Source: Burkholderiaceae bacterium
Lineage (GTDB): Bacteria; Pseudomonadota; Gammaproteobacteria; Burkholderiales; Burkholderiaceae
Length of the DNA: 64,000 nucleotides
Reading direction: 5' to 3'
Assembly: GCA_947450605.1 (NCBI GenBank)
Contig: CANFWB010000004.1
Coordinates: 1,013-65,012 of the forward strand
The position numbers and the translations under genes were made by a program. The first letter of the stretch is position 1. Every line of letters starts with the position of its first letter. A model generated the notes under the pieces. The model was not told the origin of the DNA. It worked only from the letters and a program-made list of their open reading frames with translations, and made no database searches. Below, piece after piece: positions 11,040 through 20,595 of the stretch.

Positions 11040-11169
11040 CCCCCCTGTTTCTTTGTAATCAGCTGTCTTTTGTCATTGCCCGCTTTTGCAATTGAAGTGG
11101 TCTCACGCCTATCAATTTGCGGGTTACTACACCGCTCTTGAGATGGGCTATTACAAAGTAGCAGGATAA
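11040..11169 (+). pseudogene. Frameshifted remnant paralogous to the 5' end of the downstream diguanylate cyclase
   Basis: 11082-11166 closely matches 11339-11443; encodes ...LPAFAIE / KWSHAYQFAGYYTALEMGYYKVAG* versus PAFAIEKAVLQLKWSHAYQFAGYYAALEMGYYKAAG. Confidence 0.8.
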
Positions 11170-11272
11170 GAGTGCCTAATACTAAAGTTTAGGTAAAGTT
11201 TTTCATAATCTTAATTTAAAACCATTACATTAATACTACAAAAACACTATTAACTAATTCTAGGACTGTTCT

Positions 11273-12871
11273 TTGCAGTATTTAATTTCTTTCCTCCTAT
11301 CTGGATGTGGTGCCTTATTGCTTTTTGCATCGCAACCTGCTTTTGCAATAGAAAAAGCGGTTCTGCAATTAAAGTGGTCCCACGCCTATCAATTTGCGGG
11401 TTACTACGCTGCTCTTGAGATGGGTTATTACAAAGCGGCAGGACTTGATGTAGAAATTAAGCCTCTGAAACCCGGGCAAGATGTGTTGCAAGAAGTGCTT
11501 TCAGGCAATGCCCAATTTGGATTGGGTACCAGCAGTCTGTTAATTGCTCGGCAGGATGGCGCTCCAGTAGTAGTGCTGGCTGCCATTTTTCAGCATTCCC
11601 CTTACGTATTGATTGCCCGTCAATTTAAACCTGATCAATCGATTCATGATTTAGCGGGAAGACCGATTTTGCTCAGAAGACTTTCTGATGAGCTCTTGGT
11701 TTACTTGAGACGAGAAAAGATTCCAGAGTCTGGCATCCGGCGCTCAGTCCCGGGAATGAACACAGTAGAAGAGTTAATGCGGGGATCGGTAGATGCGATC
11801 TCTGGGTACATCAGTAACGAGCCCTATCAACTCAAAAACGCAGGCTTTGATTATCAAATCTACAGTCCACGTTCTGCAGACATCGACCTGTATGGAGATA
11901 ATTTATTTACATCAGAAGCAGTTCTGAAAAAATCTCCCGAACGGGTAGCGCGTTTTCGTGAAGCCAGTATTCAAGGATGGGAGTATGTTCTCAATCACCC
12001 TCAGGAGGCGATCGAATTAGTTCAAAAATACGCACCTAATGAGTCGACGCAAAAAATTACGTTTGAAATGAATCAAATTAATCCGCTCATTCGCTCTGAT
12101 TTGGTAGCGGTGGGATATATGAACGAGGGACGTTGGCGTCATGCGGTGGAGATCTATCGTGAGGCAGGGGCCCTCAATGCCAACTTTGACCTCAAAGGCT
12201 TTATTTACAATCCCAATCCTAAAAAAGACTTAAGCTGGCTCTATGGCAGCCTAGCCTTGACCTTATTCGCTTTATTCATTATTGCAGGCATTGTCTTTTA
12301 TATCGTGCGACTCAATCGCCGACTCAATGCATCCTTAAGTCAGGTGACGCACCTGGCTAATCACGATCCATTGACTGGTCTCCCTAATCGGACCCTTTTC
12401 TTGGATCGCTTAGAGCAGGCCATTCTCAGGGCGACTCGAGATCAGACTCGCTTTGCTCTACTGTTCATTGATTTGGATCGGTTTAAGAGTATTAATGATC
12501 ATTATGGACACTTGGTGGGGGATGAGGTACTCATTGCTTGCTGCAAGCGCATGCTCAGCTCTGTGCGGGGATCTGACTCCGTGGGTCGAATTGGTGGTGA
12601 CGAGTTTGTTGTTTTGTTAGATCACGTTGGAGATACTGCGGGTGTATTGGATACTGCTAAAAAGATCCTGGCGGCGATTCAGTTACCTATTAATACCGAG
12701 GGCCTCAATTTATCCTTATCTGCGAGCATCGGCGTTGCCCTATTTCCGGATGACAAGCAAGATGATGAGGGTCTATTAAAGTGCGCTGATTTGGCAATGT
12801 ATGAAGCAAAGCAGTCGGGAAGAAATGCGATCTTTTTCTACTCTGAAGCGATAGCAAAATCAATGCATTGA
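11273..12871 (+). CDS. Diguanylate cyclase with periplasmic NMT1/THI5-like binding domain
   Basis: Signal peptide, LQLKW.H.YQFAGYYAA, one TM helix, HDPLTGLPNR, RGSD I-site and GGDEF. Confidence 0.92.
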   Translation: MQYLISFLLSGCGALLLFASQPAFAIEKAVLQLKWSHAYQFAGYYAALEMGYYKAAGLDVEIKPLKPGQDVLQEVLSGNAQFGLGTSSLLIARQDGAPVVVLAAIFQHSPYVLIARQFKPDQSIHDLAGRPILLRRLSDELLVYLRREKIPESGIRRSVPGMNTVEELMRGSVDAISGYISNEPYQLKNAGFDYQIYSPRSADIDLYGDNLFTSEAVLKKSPERVARFREASIQGWEYVLNHPQEAIELVQKYAPNESTQKITFEMNQINPLIRSDLVAVGYMNEGRWRHAVEIYREAGALNANFDLKGFIYNPNPKKDLSWLYGSLALTLFALFIIAGIVFYIVRLNRRLNASLSQVTHLANHDPLTGLPNRTLFLDRLEQAILRATRDQTRFALLFIDLDRFKSINDHYGHLVGDEVLIACCKRMLSSVRGSDSVGRIGGDEFVVLLDHVGDTAGVLDTAKKILAAIQLPINTEGLNLSLSASIGVALFPDDKQDDEGLLKCADLAMYEAKQSGRNAIFFYSEAIAKSMH

Positions 12872-13034
12872 ATGAGCAAGGTAAATGCTCTACCTGCTAT
12901 TCCCTATGGGTATGAGCAACAAAGGCCGGCGGGGGCGATCTAGCGCTGTCTGTGGTGAAAACTGTCTGGGGTATCATCCAGAATAAGCATTCAAAACCCT
13001 CCAAGCCTTGCTAAGTGACAGTGAATTCAGCCAA

Positions 13035-14492
13035 ATGAAGATCCTCAACTACCCCTTTCTGTTAAAAATCGGTGCCTGGGCTTTGCTCGCACTCAATTTT
13101 GCTGCAGCCTATTATTTGGATCAGCATTCTGGATCTTATTTTGGGTGGCAGGTCACCGACTTCACGGTCAGCCACACTATTGGTGAGACTGACTTCTTGG
13201 CTGTGGGGCAATTTATTCTGCTGGCCCTCACCCTCGATATGGCAATGCGAGTCGGGGTACTGCAGTTCAATCGACGTACGCATAAATCTCAAATCCCCGC
13301 CATTCTTGTTCAGGCTGCCAGCATTCTGATTTATTCCTTGGTAGGTTTATTTGGTTTCATTCTGCTGTATGACCATTCGGTCACCAATATCGTTGCCGCA
13401 TCTGGTGCTATTGGCCTGAGTATTGGATATGTGTGTCGGGATGTCATAGCCGACATCGTTAATAGTATTGTGATCCAGACGGATGGCTTGATTTCTATTC
13501 ATGATTGGATCGAAATCGCGGATGGTGATAAGCCGCAATTCTTTCAGGTGATGCAGTTTGATCGCCGTATGGTGACCCTCAAGAATAAATACGATTATTT
13601 AGTCAAGATTCCCAATACGCGCTTTGTTGGCATGAGCTACATCAACCTGAGCAAGCAGAAAGAGGGTAGGGGCTCTCGGAGATCCTTGGAGATACAGCTA
13701 GACTCCTTGAATAATCCAGAAAAAGTTCTGGACATCCTAAACCTTGCTCTTGAGGCACTGCAAGAACAGAACAAGAATTTCGTTCATACCTTTTTTTGCG
13801 GCATCGTCAAGATCAGTGAGGGTACTGTCACTTACAAAATCTTATACGAATGCATACCCAGCATGAAATCCACCTCTTCGGTGTCCGCGGTGATGCGGGT
13901 GGTATTGCGCTTTTTGACTGCGGCAGGCATCAACACTGGTAGCTCGATGGAAGTGCAGACCTTGGATAAGCATTTGTCCAAAACCTCTAATCGCCTTTAT
14001 GAAACTTATGAGTACAGCATTCTCAAAGTCTTAAGTCATGCAGAAGCTATGCAGCTATCTAAAACCGCCGCAGTCATCAACTGTTTTAAAGGTGAGCAAT
14101 TGATTCGGCATGGGGAGCAGGCGGATAGCATGTTCTTGGTCTCCGAGGGTTCTCTCGAGGTCAAAATTCGGGATAAGAATGATCAATTGATTAAGGTTGC
14201 TACGCTGTGGCCTGGGGATTGTGTGGGTGAGATGTCTTTATTGACTGGTGCCCCACGATCGGCAGACGTCTTCGCCAAGGCGGATGCGGTATTGGTGGAG
14301 ATCAAGAAGGAAAATATTGCCCCTATTTTGGAGTCAAATCCGAGATTAATTAATGAGATCTCCGATTTACTGGCTAAGCGCCAAGCCCATTCTGCATCAG
14401 CAGCAAGCGATGCGGGTAATGAAGGCTTGCGCGAGCAAAGTAAAGGCTTGGCCAAGAAAATTCTGCAATTCTTTTTTAAAAAGAACGTCTAG
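13035..14492 (+). CDS. MscS-family channel fused to a cyclic-nucleotide-binding domain
   Basis: TM helices, ASGAIGLSIGY..RD...D, KIPN; cNMP domain GEQADSMFLVSEG...GEMSLLTGAPRSA. Confidence 0.85.
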   Translation: MKILNYPFLLKIGAWALLALNFAAAYYLDQHSGSYFGWQVTDFTVSHTIGETDFLAVGQFILLALTLDMAMRVGVLQFNRRTHKSQIPAILVQAASILIYSLVGLFGFILLYDHSVTNIVAASGAIGLSIGYVCRDVIADIVNSIVIQTDGLISIHDWIEIADGDKPQFFQVMQFDRRMVTLKNKYDYLVKIPNTRFVGMSYINLSKQKEGRGSRRSLEIQLDSLNNPEKVLDILNLALEALQEQNKNFVHTFFCGIVKISEGTVTYKILYECIPSMKSTSSVSAVMRVVLRFLTAAGINTGSSMEVQTLDKHLSKTSNRLYETYEYSILKVLSHAEAMQLSKTAAVINCFKGEQLIRHGEQADSMFLVSEGSLEVKIRDKNDQLIKVATLWPGDCVGEMSLLTGAPRSADVFAKADAVLVEIKKENIAPILESNPRLINEISDLLAKRQAHSASAASDAGNEGLREQSKGLAKKILQFFFKKNV

Positions 14493-14573
14493 CCTAACTT
14501 AGTCTCAAACTCAGCCTCACACTCAGCCTCAAATACCTTGAGTTAGCGTCACTCAAGGTATAGTTTGCTGCTC

Positions 14574-15902
14574 ATGACTGAATTGACCCCCACAACTTCT
14601 TCCGATATCGAAATTACCCCTGAGTACCAGGCAGTAATCGACGCCATCGAGCGTCACGATCCTTATATCTTCGTTAGCGGTAAGGCGGGTACTGGCAAGA
14701 CCACGCTGATAGGTTATCTCAGGGAGCACATCCCCGGTAACGTCGTGGTGGTGGCGCCAACAGGCGTGGCTGCACTACAAGTGAAGGGCGTCACGATTCA
14801 CTCCTTCTTTCGTTTGCCACCACGCTTGATCTTCCCTGAGGAAGATATCAAGCCCTTAAAAGATAAGCGACTCTATAAAGATATTCGTTTGCTCATCATT
14901 GATGAGATTTCGATGGTGCGGGCAGATGTGGTTGATGCCATGGATTTGTTTCTACGGGCGAACGGCCCAAACAAGAGTCAAGCCTTTGGCGGCATTCAGG
15001 TGATGTTCGTGGGAGATTTATTTCAGTTGCCCCCTGTAGTCTCGAATACCGATATGCAGGTCCTCTCAGAGCGGGGTTATGAAGGCCCTTATTTCTTTTG
15101 CGCTATGGCCCTACATCGCAAGGATGTGACGATGGTGGAGCTCTCGAAGATCTTCCGCCAAAAGGACGCACACTTTGCTGGCTTGCTCAATCAAATCCGG
15201 ATCAATCAAGATATTGATGAAGCGCTAGATACTTTAAATACCGTTTGCTATGAAACCAAAAAAGAGGTCGATGAGCAAACCATTACGTTGACTACGACTA
15301 ATGCCCGCGCCGATCAAATTAATGGCGCAGGTTTACGTGCCTTAACTACAGATGCCAAGATCTATAGCGGCAATAGCACTGGAAAGTTCAATGTGGATGA
15401 TCGCAATCTACCATCTCCAAATCACCTCACCTTGAAGGTGGGCGCAAAGGTGATGTTTACGGCAACGGATAGTAACTTTCCGAAGCGCTGGGTCAATGGC
15501 ACTATCGGTGTAGTCCGAGAGCTACTGCCCAATACTGTCAAAGTCATGGTGCAGAACGGCCCTTACTCCAATACGGTGGAAGTCAAAGGGCACCAGTGGG
15601 AATCCTATCGTTACGATCACGACATGATGTCCGGCAGAATCTCGCCCAATGTCATTGGCACCTTCGTGCAGATCCCATTAATGCTAGCTTGGGCAGTCAC
15701 AATTCATAAGAGCCAGGGCAAAACCCTTGATAAGATCAAGGTTGATCTCTCATCGGGTGCATTTGCCTCAGGACAGGTCTATGTAGCCCTAAGTCGCTGC
15801 ACCTCAATTGAAGGCATCACTCTAGAGCGACCGATTCAGCCTAAGGATGTGAGTTGTGATCAAGAGGTGAAGCGTTTCTATCTGAATTGCTTGCCTAGCT
15901 AA
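14574..15902 (+). CDS. Pif1/RecD-like SF1B DNA helicase
   Basis: GKAGTGKT, IIDEISMV, GDLFQLPPV, FRQ, AVTIHKSQG.TL, GQVYVALSR. Confidence 0.9.
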   Translation: MTELTPTTSSDIEITPEYQAVIDAIERHDPYIFVSGKAGTGKTTLIGYLREHIPGNVVVVAPTGVAALQVKGVTIHSFFRLPPRLIFPEEDIKPLKDKRLYKDIRLLIIDEISMVRADVVDAMDLFLRANGPNKSQAFGGIQVMFVGDLFQLPPVVSNTDMQVLSERGYEGPYFFCAMALHRKDVTMVELSKIFRQKDAHFAGLLNQIRINQDIDEALDTLNTVCYETKKEVDEQTITLTTTNARADQINGAGLRALTTDAKIYSGNSTGKFNVDDRNLPSPNHLTLKVGAKVMFTATDSNFPKRWVNGTIGVVRELLPNTVKVMVQNGPYSNTVEVKGHQWESYRYDHDMMSGRISPNVIGTFVQIPLMLAWAVTIHKSQGKTLDKIKVDLSSGAFASGQVYVALSRCTSIEGITLERPIQPKDVSCDQEVKRFYLNCLPS

Positions 15903-16040
15903 ACCCTAAAGGTCAAAAGTTGCAAATACAAGGCTCCAAACCATGTTTAAGGTGGGGTTTTGATCTGATCATTTCGGATTTATAATGTCTTGTTATCGGG
16001 TTAAGTGGGGAACAAATGCAAAACCAAACGGAGGGGCAAC

Positions 16041-16325
16041 ATGTTTTATAGAGTGGGTCTCCCATTGTGGAAGCAAGCCGCTAAATTGGGTTGCCCGATG
16101 ATGATTCGGGTAAATGCATTTTTTGATAAAGACGCTAATGTTTTTGTTGCTACAAGTCCTGACTTGAAGGGGCTCGTTGCTGAGGCTGATACCCTTGATG
16201 CACTAGAAAAAGAAGTGCTTGCCAGCGCTTTAGGTTTAATCTCTTTTCAACTGCAAGATAAATATCGCAATAAGATCTATTCCGAACTTAGGGTCAGGGA
16301 TAGCTTGCAAATCGCATTAGCTTGA
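16041..16325 (+). CDS. HicB-like (DUF1902-type) antitoxin
   Basis: DKDANVFVATSPDLKGLVAEADTLDAL; GGAGG Shine-Dalgarno; overlaps the hicA start. Confidence 0.75.
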   Translation: MFYRVGLPLWKQAAKLGCPMMIRVNAFFDKDANVFVATSPDLKGLVAEADTLDALEKEVLASALGLISFQLQDKYRNKIYSELRVRDSLQIALA

Positions 16326-16510
16326 ATGGGTTTTATAAGCAAGTTACTGCGATATTAAAAAATCACGGATTTTTATTTGAGAGGCAGGGAAAAGGTTCCC
16401 ATGAATTTTGGTGCAGGGGATCCCTCTGCGTCACAGTGCCATCAAATTGCAAATCTCGGTTTACTGCTAATGCAATTTTGAAACAAGCAAACATATCTGA
16501 AAAAATTTGA
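16322..16510 (+). CDS. hicA: HicA-family mRNA interferase toxin
   Basis: 62 aa; LK.HGF..ERQGKGSHEFW, VTVP, TANAILKQA. Confidence 0.85.
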   Translation: MNGFYKQVTAILKNHGFLFERQGKGSHEFWCRGSLCVTVPSNCKSRFTANAILKQANISEKI

Positions 16511-16558
16511 ATTTCTTTCGCGTCTAGATTGATTTCCCTCTGAAAATGATTCAACTAA

Positions 16559-16729
16559 CTCAGAAGACTCTCGCAAGCTTGTAGCGGTCAAATTGGAAAA
16601 GTTACCTTTAGCAGGGATGATGCTAGGGTAGGCTGGAGTGAAAGCTCTCGTACCATCCACATGGCTGGCGATGATTTTTTAGTTCTTGGAGAATTTTCAA
16701 ATCTAGATTGCGAAGATTTAGAGTGGTAG
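16559..16729 (+). pseudogene. Probable C-terminal remnant of an AbrB/MazE-type antitoxin
   Basis: Open frame with no upstream start, ending RVGWSESSRTIHMAGDDFLVLGEFSNLDCEDLEW*; resembles the R.GW.....GDD.LV.GEF.N..D....W tail I associate with MazE-like antitoxins. Confidence 0.5.
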
Positions 16730-17054
16730 ACCCTAATGCACTAATGAATTGGATTGCTCGGTATCTAGACAATACCGCGATTTAATTAGTCGATATCTAC
16801 ATGCAACTGATAGTCGGCACGTAGATAAAAGCGTTGATAACGAATAAAAATAAGCAATACTGTCAATAAAAATGCTTATTTCATGAGTTGTTGTCAATAA
16901 ATGTGTATATTTATCTGAGATAACGCTGTTCTCTTTAAATTTAAACAGCCAAGGATGTCATCTCTCAAGGGCTGCCCCAATGGGCGACTCACGCACCCTT
17001 TATAACCAAGGCTATGCTCCGTAAAGCCCAAACTATCTGCTTGTGCGCAATGGG

Positions 17055-18644
17055 TTAAAACCCAGCCGCCAATCCATCGCGACGATGATCGCTACCCGCA
17101 ATATAGGCATCTTTAGTTTCTTCGCCCAATAGCGCAATGGCTTGTGCGCTACCAAAGTCTAGACTGTTTGCTGGCATCACATCGACTTCATGCCCCATGG
17201 CTTTTAGTCCTTCAACTACGGCAGTTGGCATAGAGGCCTCAACCGTGAGCTTGCCTACATCATCGATTCTCCAGCGCGGTGCATCTGAGCAGGCCTGTGG
17301 GTTGAGGTATTCATCCACAAAGCGCATCACAAATTGAAGATGTCCCTGAGGCTGCATATTGCCACCCATGACGCCAAAAGCCATGGCCGGTTGATTGCCC
17401 TTAGTGAGAAATGCGGGAATGATCGTATGAAAAGGTCTCTTGCCGGGGGCCACTTGATTGGGATGACCATCGACCAAGCTAAAGCTCATGCCGCGGTTAT
17501 GAAGGGCAATGCCGCCAGGGGCAACCACTCCAGAACCAAAGCCCTTGAAGTTCGACTGTATATAAGAAATCATCATGCCAGAGTCATCGGCAGCGCACAG
17601 GTAAACCGTACCACCTGCATGCGGATCTCCCGCACTATAAGTTCCCGCTTGATTGTGATGGATGAGTGCAGCGCGACTGGCTAAATAGTCCCTATCCAAC
17701 AAAGCACTCGTTGGTACTTTCATGGTGCTGGCATCGGATACGTGAGCATAAGCATCAGCAAAGGCCATGCGCATGGCTTCAACTTGTAGATGAATGCGCT
17801 GCGCAGAATTGGCGGGATATTGTTTTACATTGGCTGCCTGCAAAATACCTAAGGCCATTTGCGCCACGATGCCAGAACCATTGGGCGGAATCTCATGCAG
17901 TGTGTAGTCACCGTAATCAAATGCCAATGGTTCTACCCATTCAGTTTGGTTGGCAGCAAAATCTGCCATCGTGAAACAACCACCTGTGCTTTGAGCAAAG
18001 TCGACCATGCTTTGGGCTAACTTGCCAGTATAAAAAGATTCCCCTTCAGTCTCTGCGATCTCGCGCAATGTGTTGGCTTGGGCAGGGTAGCGCCAGAGTT
18101 GTCCGGCAGTTGGCGCCTTGCCATCCATCAAGAAAGACTCTGTAAAGCCAGGTTGATTTTTCAGGATGGGAATGGCCTCGCGCCATTGACGCGCAATCAC
18201 AGGTGACACTGGAAAACCATTTTCCGCATAATCAATTGCACGTTTAAAGAGTTGTGCGAACGGCAACTTGCCAAATTTGCGTGATAGCTCAATCCATCCC
18301 GATACCATGCCAGGCACAGTGACGGTATTCCAACCAATCAGATCCATGGCTGCTTTGCCAGCAAAATACTCCGGGGTCCACGCAGCAGGTGCACGACCAG
18401 AGGCATTCATGCCATGGAGTTTTTTACCATCCCAAATTAATGCAAAACCATCGCCACCTAAACCATTCATGGTGGGCTCTACTACAGTGAGCGTGATCGC
18501 AGTAGCTAAGGCAGCATCAACCGCATTACCACCGTTTTGCAAGGCTTCGATACCCGCTTGTGTGGCTAATGGCTGTGAACTAGCAACCGCATTTTTTGCA
18601 AGGACTGGGGCGCGGCCGCCACCAAAGGGAGGGGAAATCAACAT
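17055..18644 (-). CDS. Gamma-glutamyltransferase family Ntn-hydrolase (YwrD/HpxW-like)
   Basis: GGNAVDAA, VVEP...GLGGD, GGT(nucleophile)VYL, KRPFHTIIP, GVMGG.MQPQGH, D.RRDG. Confidence 0.9.
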   Translation of the reverse strand: MLISPPFGGGRAPVLAKNAVASSQPLATQAGIEALQNGGNAVDAALATAITLTVVEPTMNGLGGDGFALIWDGKKLHGMNASGRAPAAWTPEYFAGKAAMDLIGWNTVTVPGMVSGWIELSRKFGKLPFAQLFKRAIDYAENGFPVSPVIARQWREAIPILKNQPGFTESFLMDGKAPTAGQLWRYPAQANTLREIAETEGESFYTGKLAQSMVDFAQSTGGCFTMADFAANQTEWVEPLAFDYGDYTLHEIPPNGSGIVAQMALGILQAANVKQYPANSAQRIHLQVEAMRMAFADAYAHVSDASTMKVPTSALLDRDYLASRAALIHHNQAGTYSAGDPHAGGTVYLCAADDSGMMISYIQSNFKGFGSGVVAPGGIALHNRGMSFSLVDGHPNQVAPGKRPFHTIIPAFLTKGNQPAMAFGVMGGNMQPQGHLQFVMRFVDEYLNPQACSDAPRWRIDDVGKLTVEASMPTAVVEGLKAMGHEVDVMPANSLDFGSAQAIALLGEETKDAYIAGSDHRRDGLAAGF

Positions 18645-18701
18645 GGATCTAATCTATTCAATAAAAGGTTGCGCTGCAAGGGAATGAGCGCCAAGTAAAA
18701 C

Positions 18702-19694
18702 TTAGTCAATTTTAACGTTTGCAGCCTTGACGATCTTCGCCCATTTGTCTTGCTCGCTTTGGGTAATGATCGCGAGTTGCTCAGAATTGGCAAACTGGGG
18801 ATGTATCCCTTGGTTTGCTAGGCGAGTTTTAAAGTCGGGATTAGTCAAAATCTTCCGAATTTCTCTTTCGAGTCTTGCGGCGATGGCAGGAGATGTTCCC
18901 TTGGGTGCATAGATCGCATAGAGGTTCTCCACATCAAACTGTTTCATACCATCTTGACCTAGAGTGGGTACATTAGGCATTAATGGTGAGCGCTCTGGCG
19001 CAGCAATCGCAATCGGACGTAACTTACCGCTCTGAATATGCGGTAGGGATGCAGTCACGCTATCAAACATCATGAGGGTGTTACCAGCAATTAAATCTGG
19101 CAAGGCGAATGCACTGCCTTTGTAGGGAATATGTGTACCAGTAGCCCCGATACGTTGCATAAATAGTGTTGCTTCCAGATGGGAGAGGCTGCCATTACCT
19201 TGAGAGGCGTAATTGAAGTCCCCCTTTTTGGATTTAATAAACGCAATCAGTTCTGGCAAATTCTTCGCCGGCACAGAAGGGTTGATCACAATTAAATGCG
19301 GAATACTGCCAACCAGGGCAACGGGTACAAAGTCTTTGGTCAAATCTGCTGGAGGATTTTTAAAGAGCGAGTAAGAAATCGATTGATTGGTCAGCGCACT
19401 AAAAAGCAAGGTATACCCATCAGGCGAAGCCTTAGCCGCAGCGCCGAGAGCAATCATTCCGCCTGCGCCAGGCTTGTTATCAATCACCACTGCTTGACCC
19501 AGGGCCTCACCCAGGGGTACGCCGATTGATCGGGCAAACACATCGGTAGAGCCACCTGCAGGAAAGGGCAATATGGCTACGATGGGTTTTTTAGGCCAAT
19601 CCAATTCAGGCGCCGCAAATACGCTGCTCAAGAGGCTGCTGGCCAATAAAAAACCAAATAGTGCATGAATGGATTTATGTTTCAGTAGGTTCAT
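18702..19694 (-). CDS. Bug/TctC-family periplasmic solute-binding protein
   Basis: WP.KPI....PFPAGGSTD..AR, DNKPGAGG, PDGYTL, HIPYKG, P.VPT. Confidence 0.92.
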   Translation of the reverse strand: MNLLKHKSIHALFGFLLASSLLSSVFAAPELDWPKKPIVAILPFPAGGSTDVFARSIGVPLGEALGQAVVIDNKPGAGGMIALGAAAKASPDGYTLLFSALTNQSISYSLFKNPPADLTKDFVPVALVGSIPHLIVINPSVPAKNLPELIAFIKSKKGDFNYASQGNGSLSHLEATLFMQRIGATGTHIPYKGSAFALPDLIAGNTLMMFDSVTASLPHIQSGKLRPIAIAAPERSPLMPNVPTLGQDGMKQFDVENLYAIYAPKGTSPAIAARLEREIRKILTNPDFKTRLANQGIHPQFANSEQLAIITQSEQDKWAKIVKAANVKID

Positions 19695-19869
19695 TTCAAT
19701 ATTCTTTAAGTGATCGGTTTGTTGTATTGGAAAAATGCTGGTGTAGGGAGCTTAGATGATTTTCTAATGATGGGTGCTAGACCCATGATGCTAAATCAGG
19801 ATTGGGTGCTCTCTATTAGTGCGCCATGCACAAGGTGAAGTCATATTGCATTCCGGTAGAGTCAGTCTC

Positions 19870-20595
19870 TTAATTAAACAGGTGGTAGAGAATGGGAATA
19901 GCGACCGCACTAATGACGCCATTCATGCCCATTGCTAGGCTGGCATACGTGCCTGCCTCCGGGTGAATGCTAAATGCCCGCGAGGTTCCAATCCCATGAG
20001 CCCCGATGCCAATTGCAAAACCCCGTTGCCACCAGGCTTTCATACCCAGCGCATTCAGAATAAACGGCGCCAAAATGGCACCGAGTATTCCGGTGATGAC
20101 GGCAAAAATAGCGGTTAATGTGGGTGAGACGCCAATGCGCTCCGCAATACCCATCGCAATTGGTGCGGTAACCGATTTAGGATACATGGCTCCAGTAATG
20201 CTGGTGTCAGCCCCCAATAATTTAGCGATGTTTACTGCGCTAATAATGGATACCAATCCACCCGCAACTAAAGAGGCGAGCAAAGGAAAGGAGCGACCCT
20301 TCAGGCTGTTGAGCCCTCTATAGATGGGAATAGCTAAGGAGACTGTCGCAGAGCCCAATAAGAAATGAATAAATTGCGCACCTTCAAAGTAGCTCGAATA
20401 GGGCATCTCAATCCATTGAATGACACTAGCAACCAAGATGATGGCAATCGCCACTGGGTTGGCGAGAGGATTCTGTTTGGAGGTCTTGTAGACCCACAGC
20501 CCAATTTGATAAGCGGCCAAAGTAATAAAGAGTGCAAATAAGGGACTTCCAGAGAGGTAAACCCAAATCTCGACAATGGAGTGTTTTTCGCTCAC
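19870..20595 (-). CDS. lrgB: LrgB/CidB family membrane protein
   Basis: LLG.ATV.LAIP, PKSVTAPIA, AHGIGTSRA. Confidence 0.9.
   Translation of the reverse strand: MSEKHSIVEIWVYLSGSPLFALFITLAAYQIGLWVYKTSKQNPLANPVAIAIILVASVIQWIEMPYSSYFEGAQFIHFLLGSATVSLAIPIYRGLNSLKGRSFPLLASLVAGGLVSIISAVNIAKLLGADTSITGAMYPKSVTAPIAMGIAERIGVSPTLTAIFAVITGILGAILAPFILNALGMKAWWQRGFAIGIGAHGIGTSRAFSIHPEAGTYASLAMGMNGVISAVAIPILYHLFN

Noticed and set aside
14501-14536. Three imperfect 12-bp repeats (AGcCTCAaAcTC)
   Set aside because: Too short and degenerate, with no spacers; not a CRISPR array, probably slippage.
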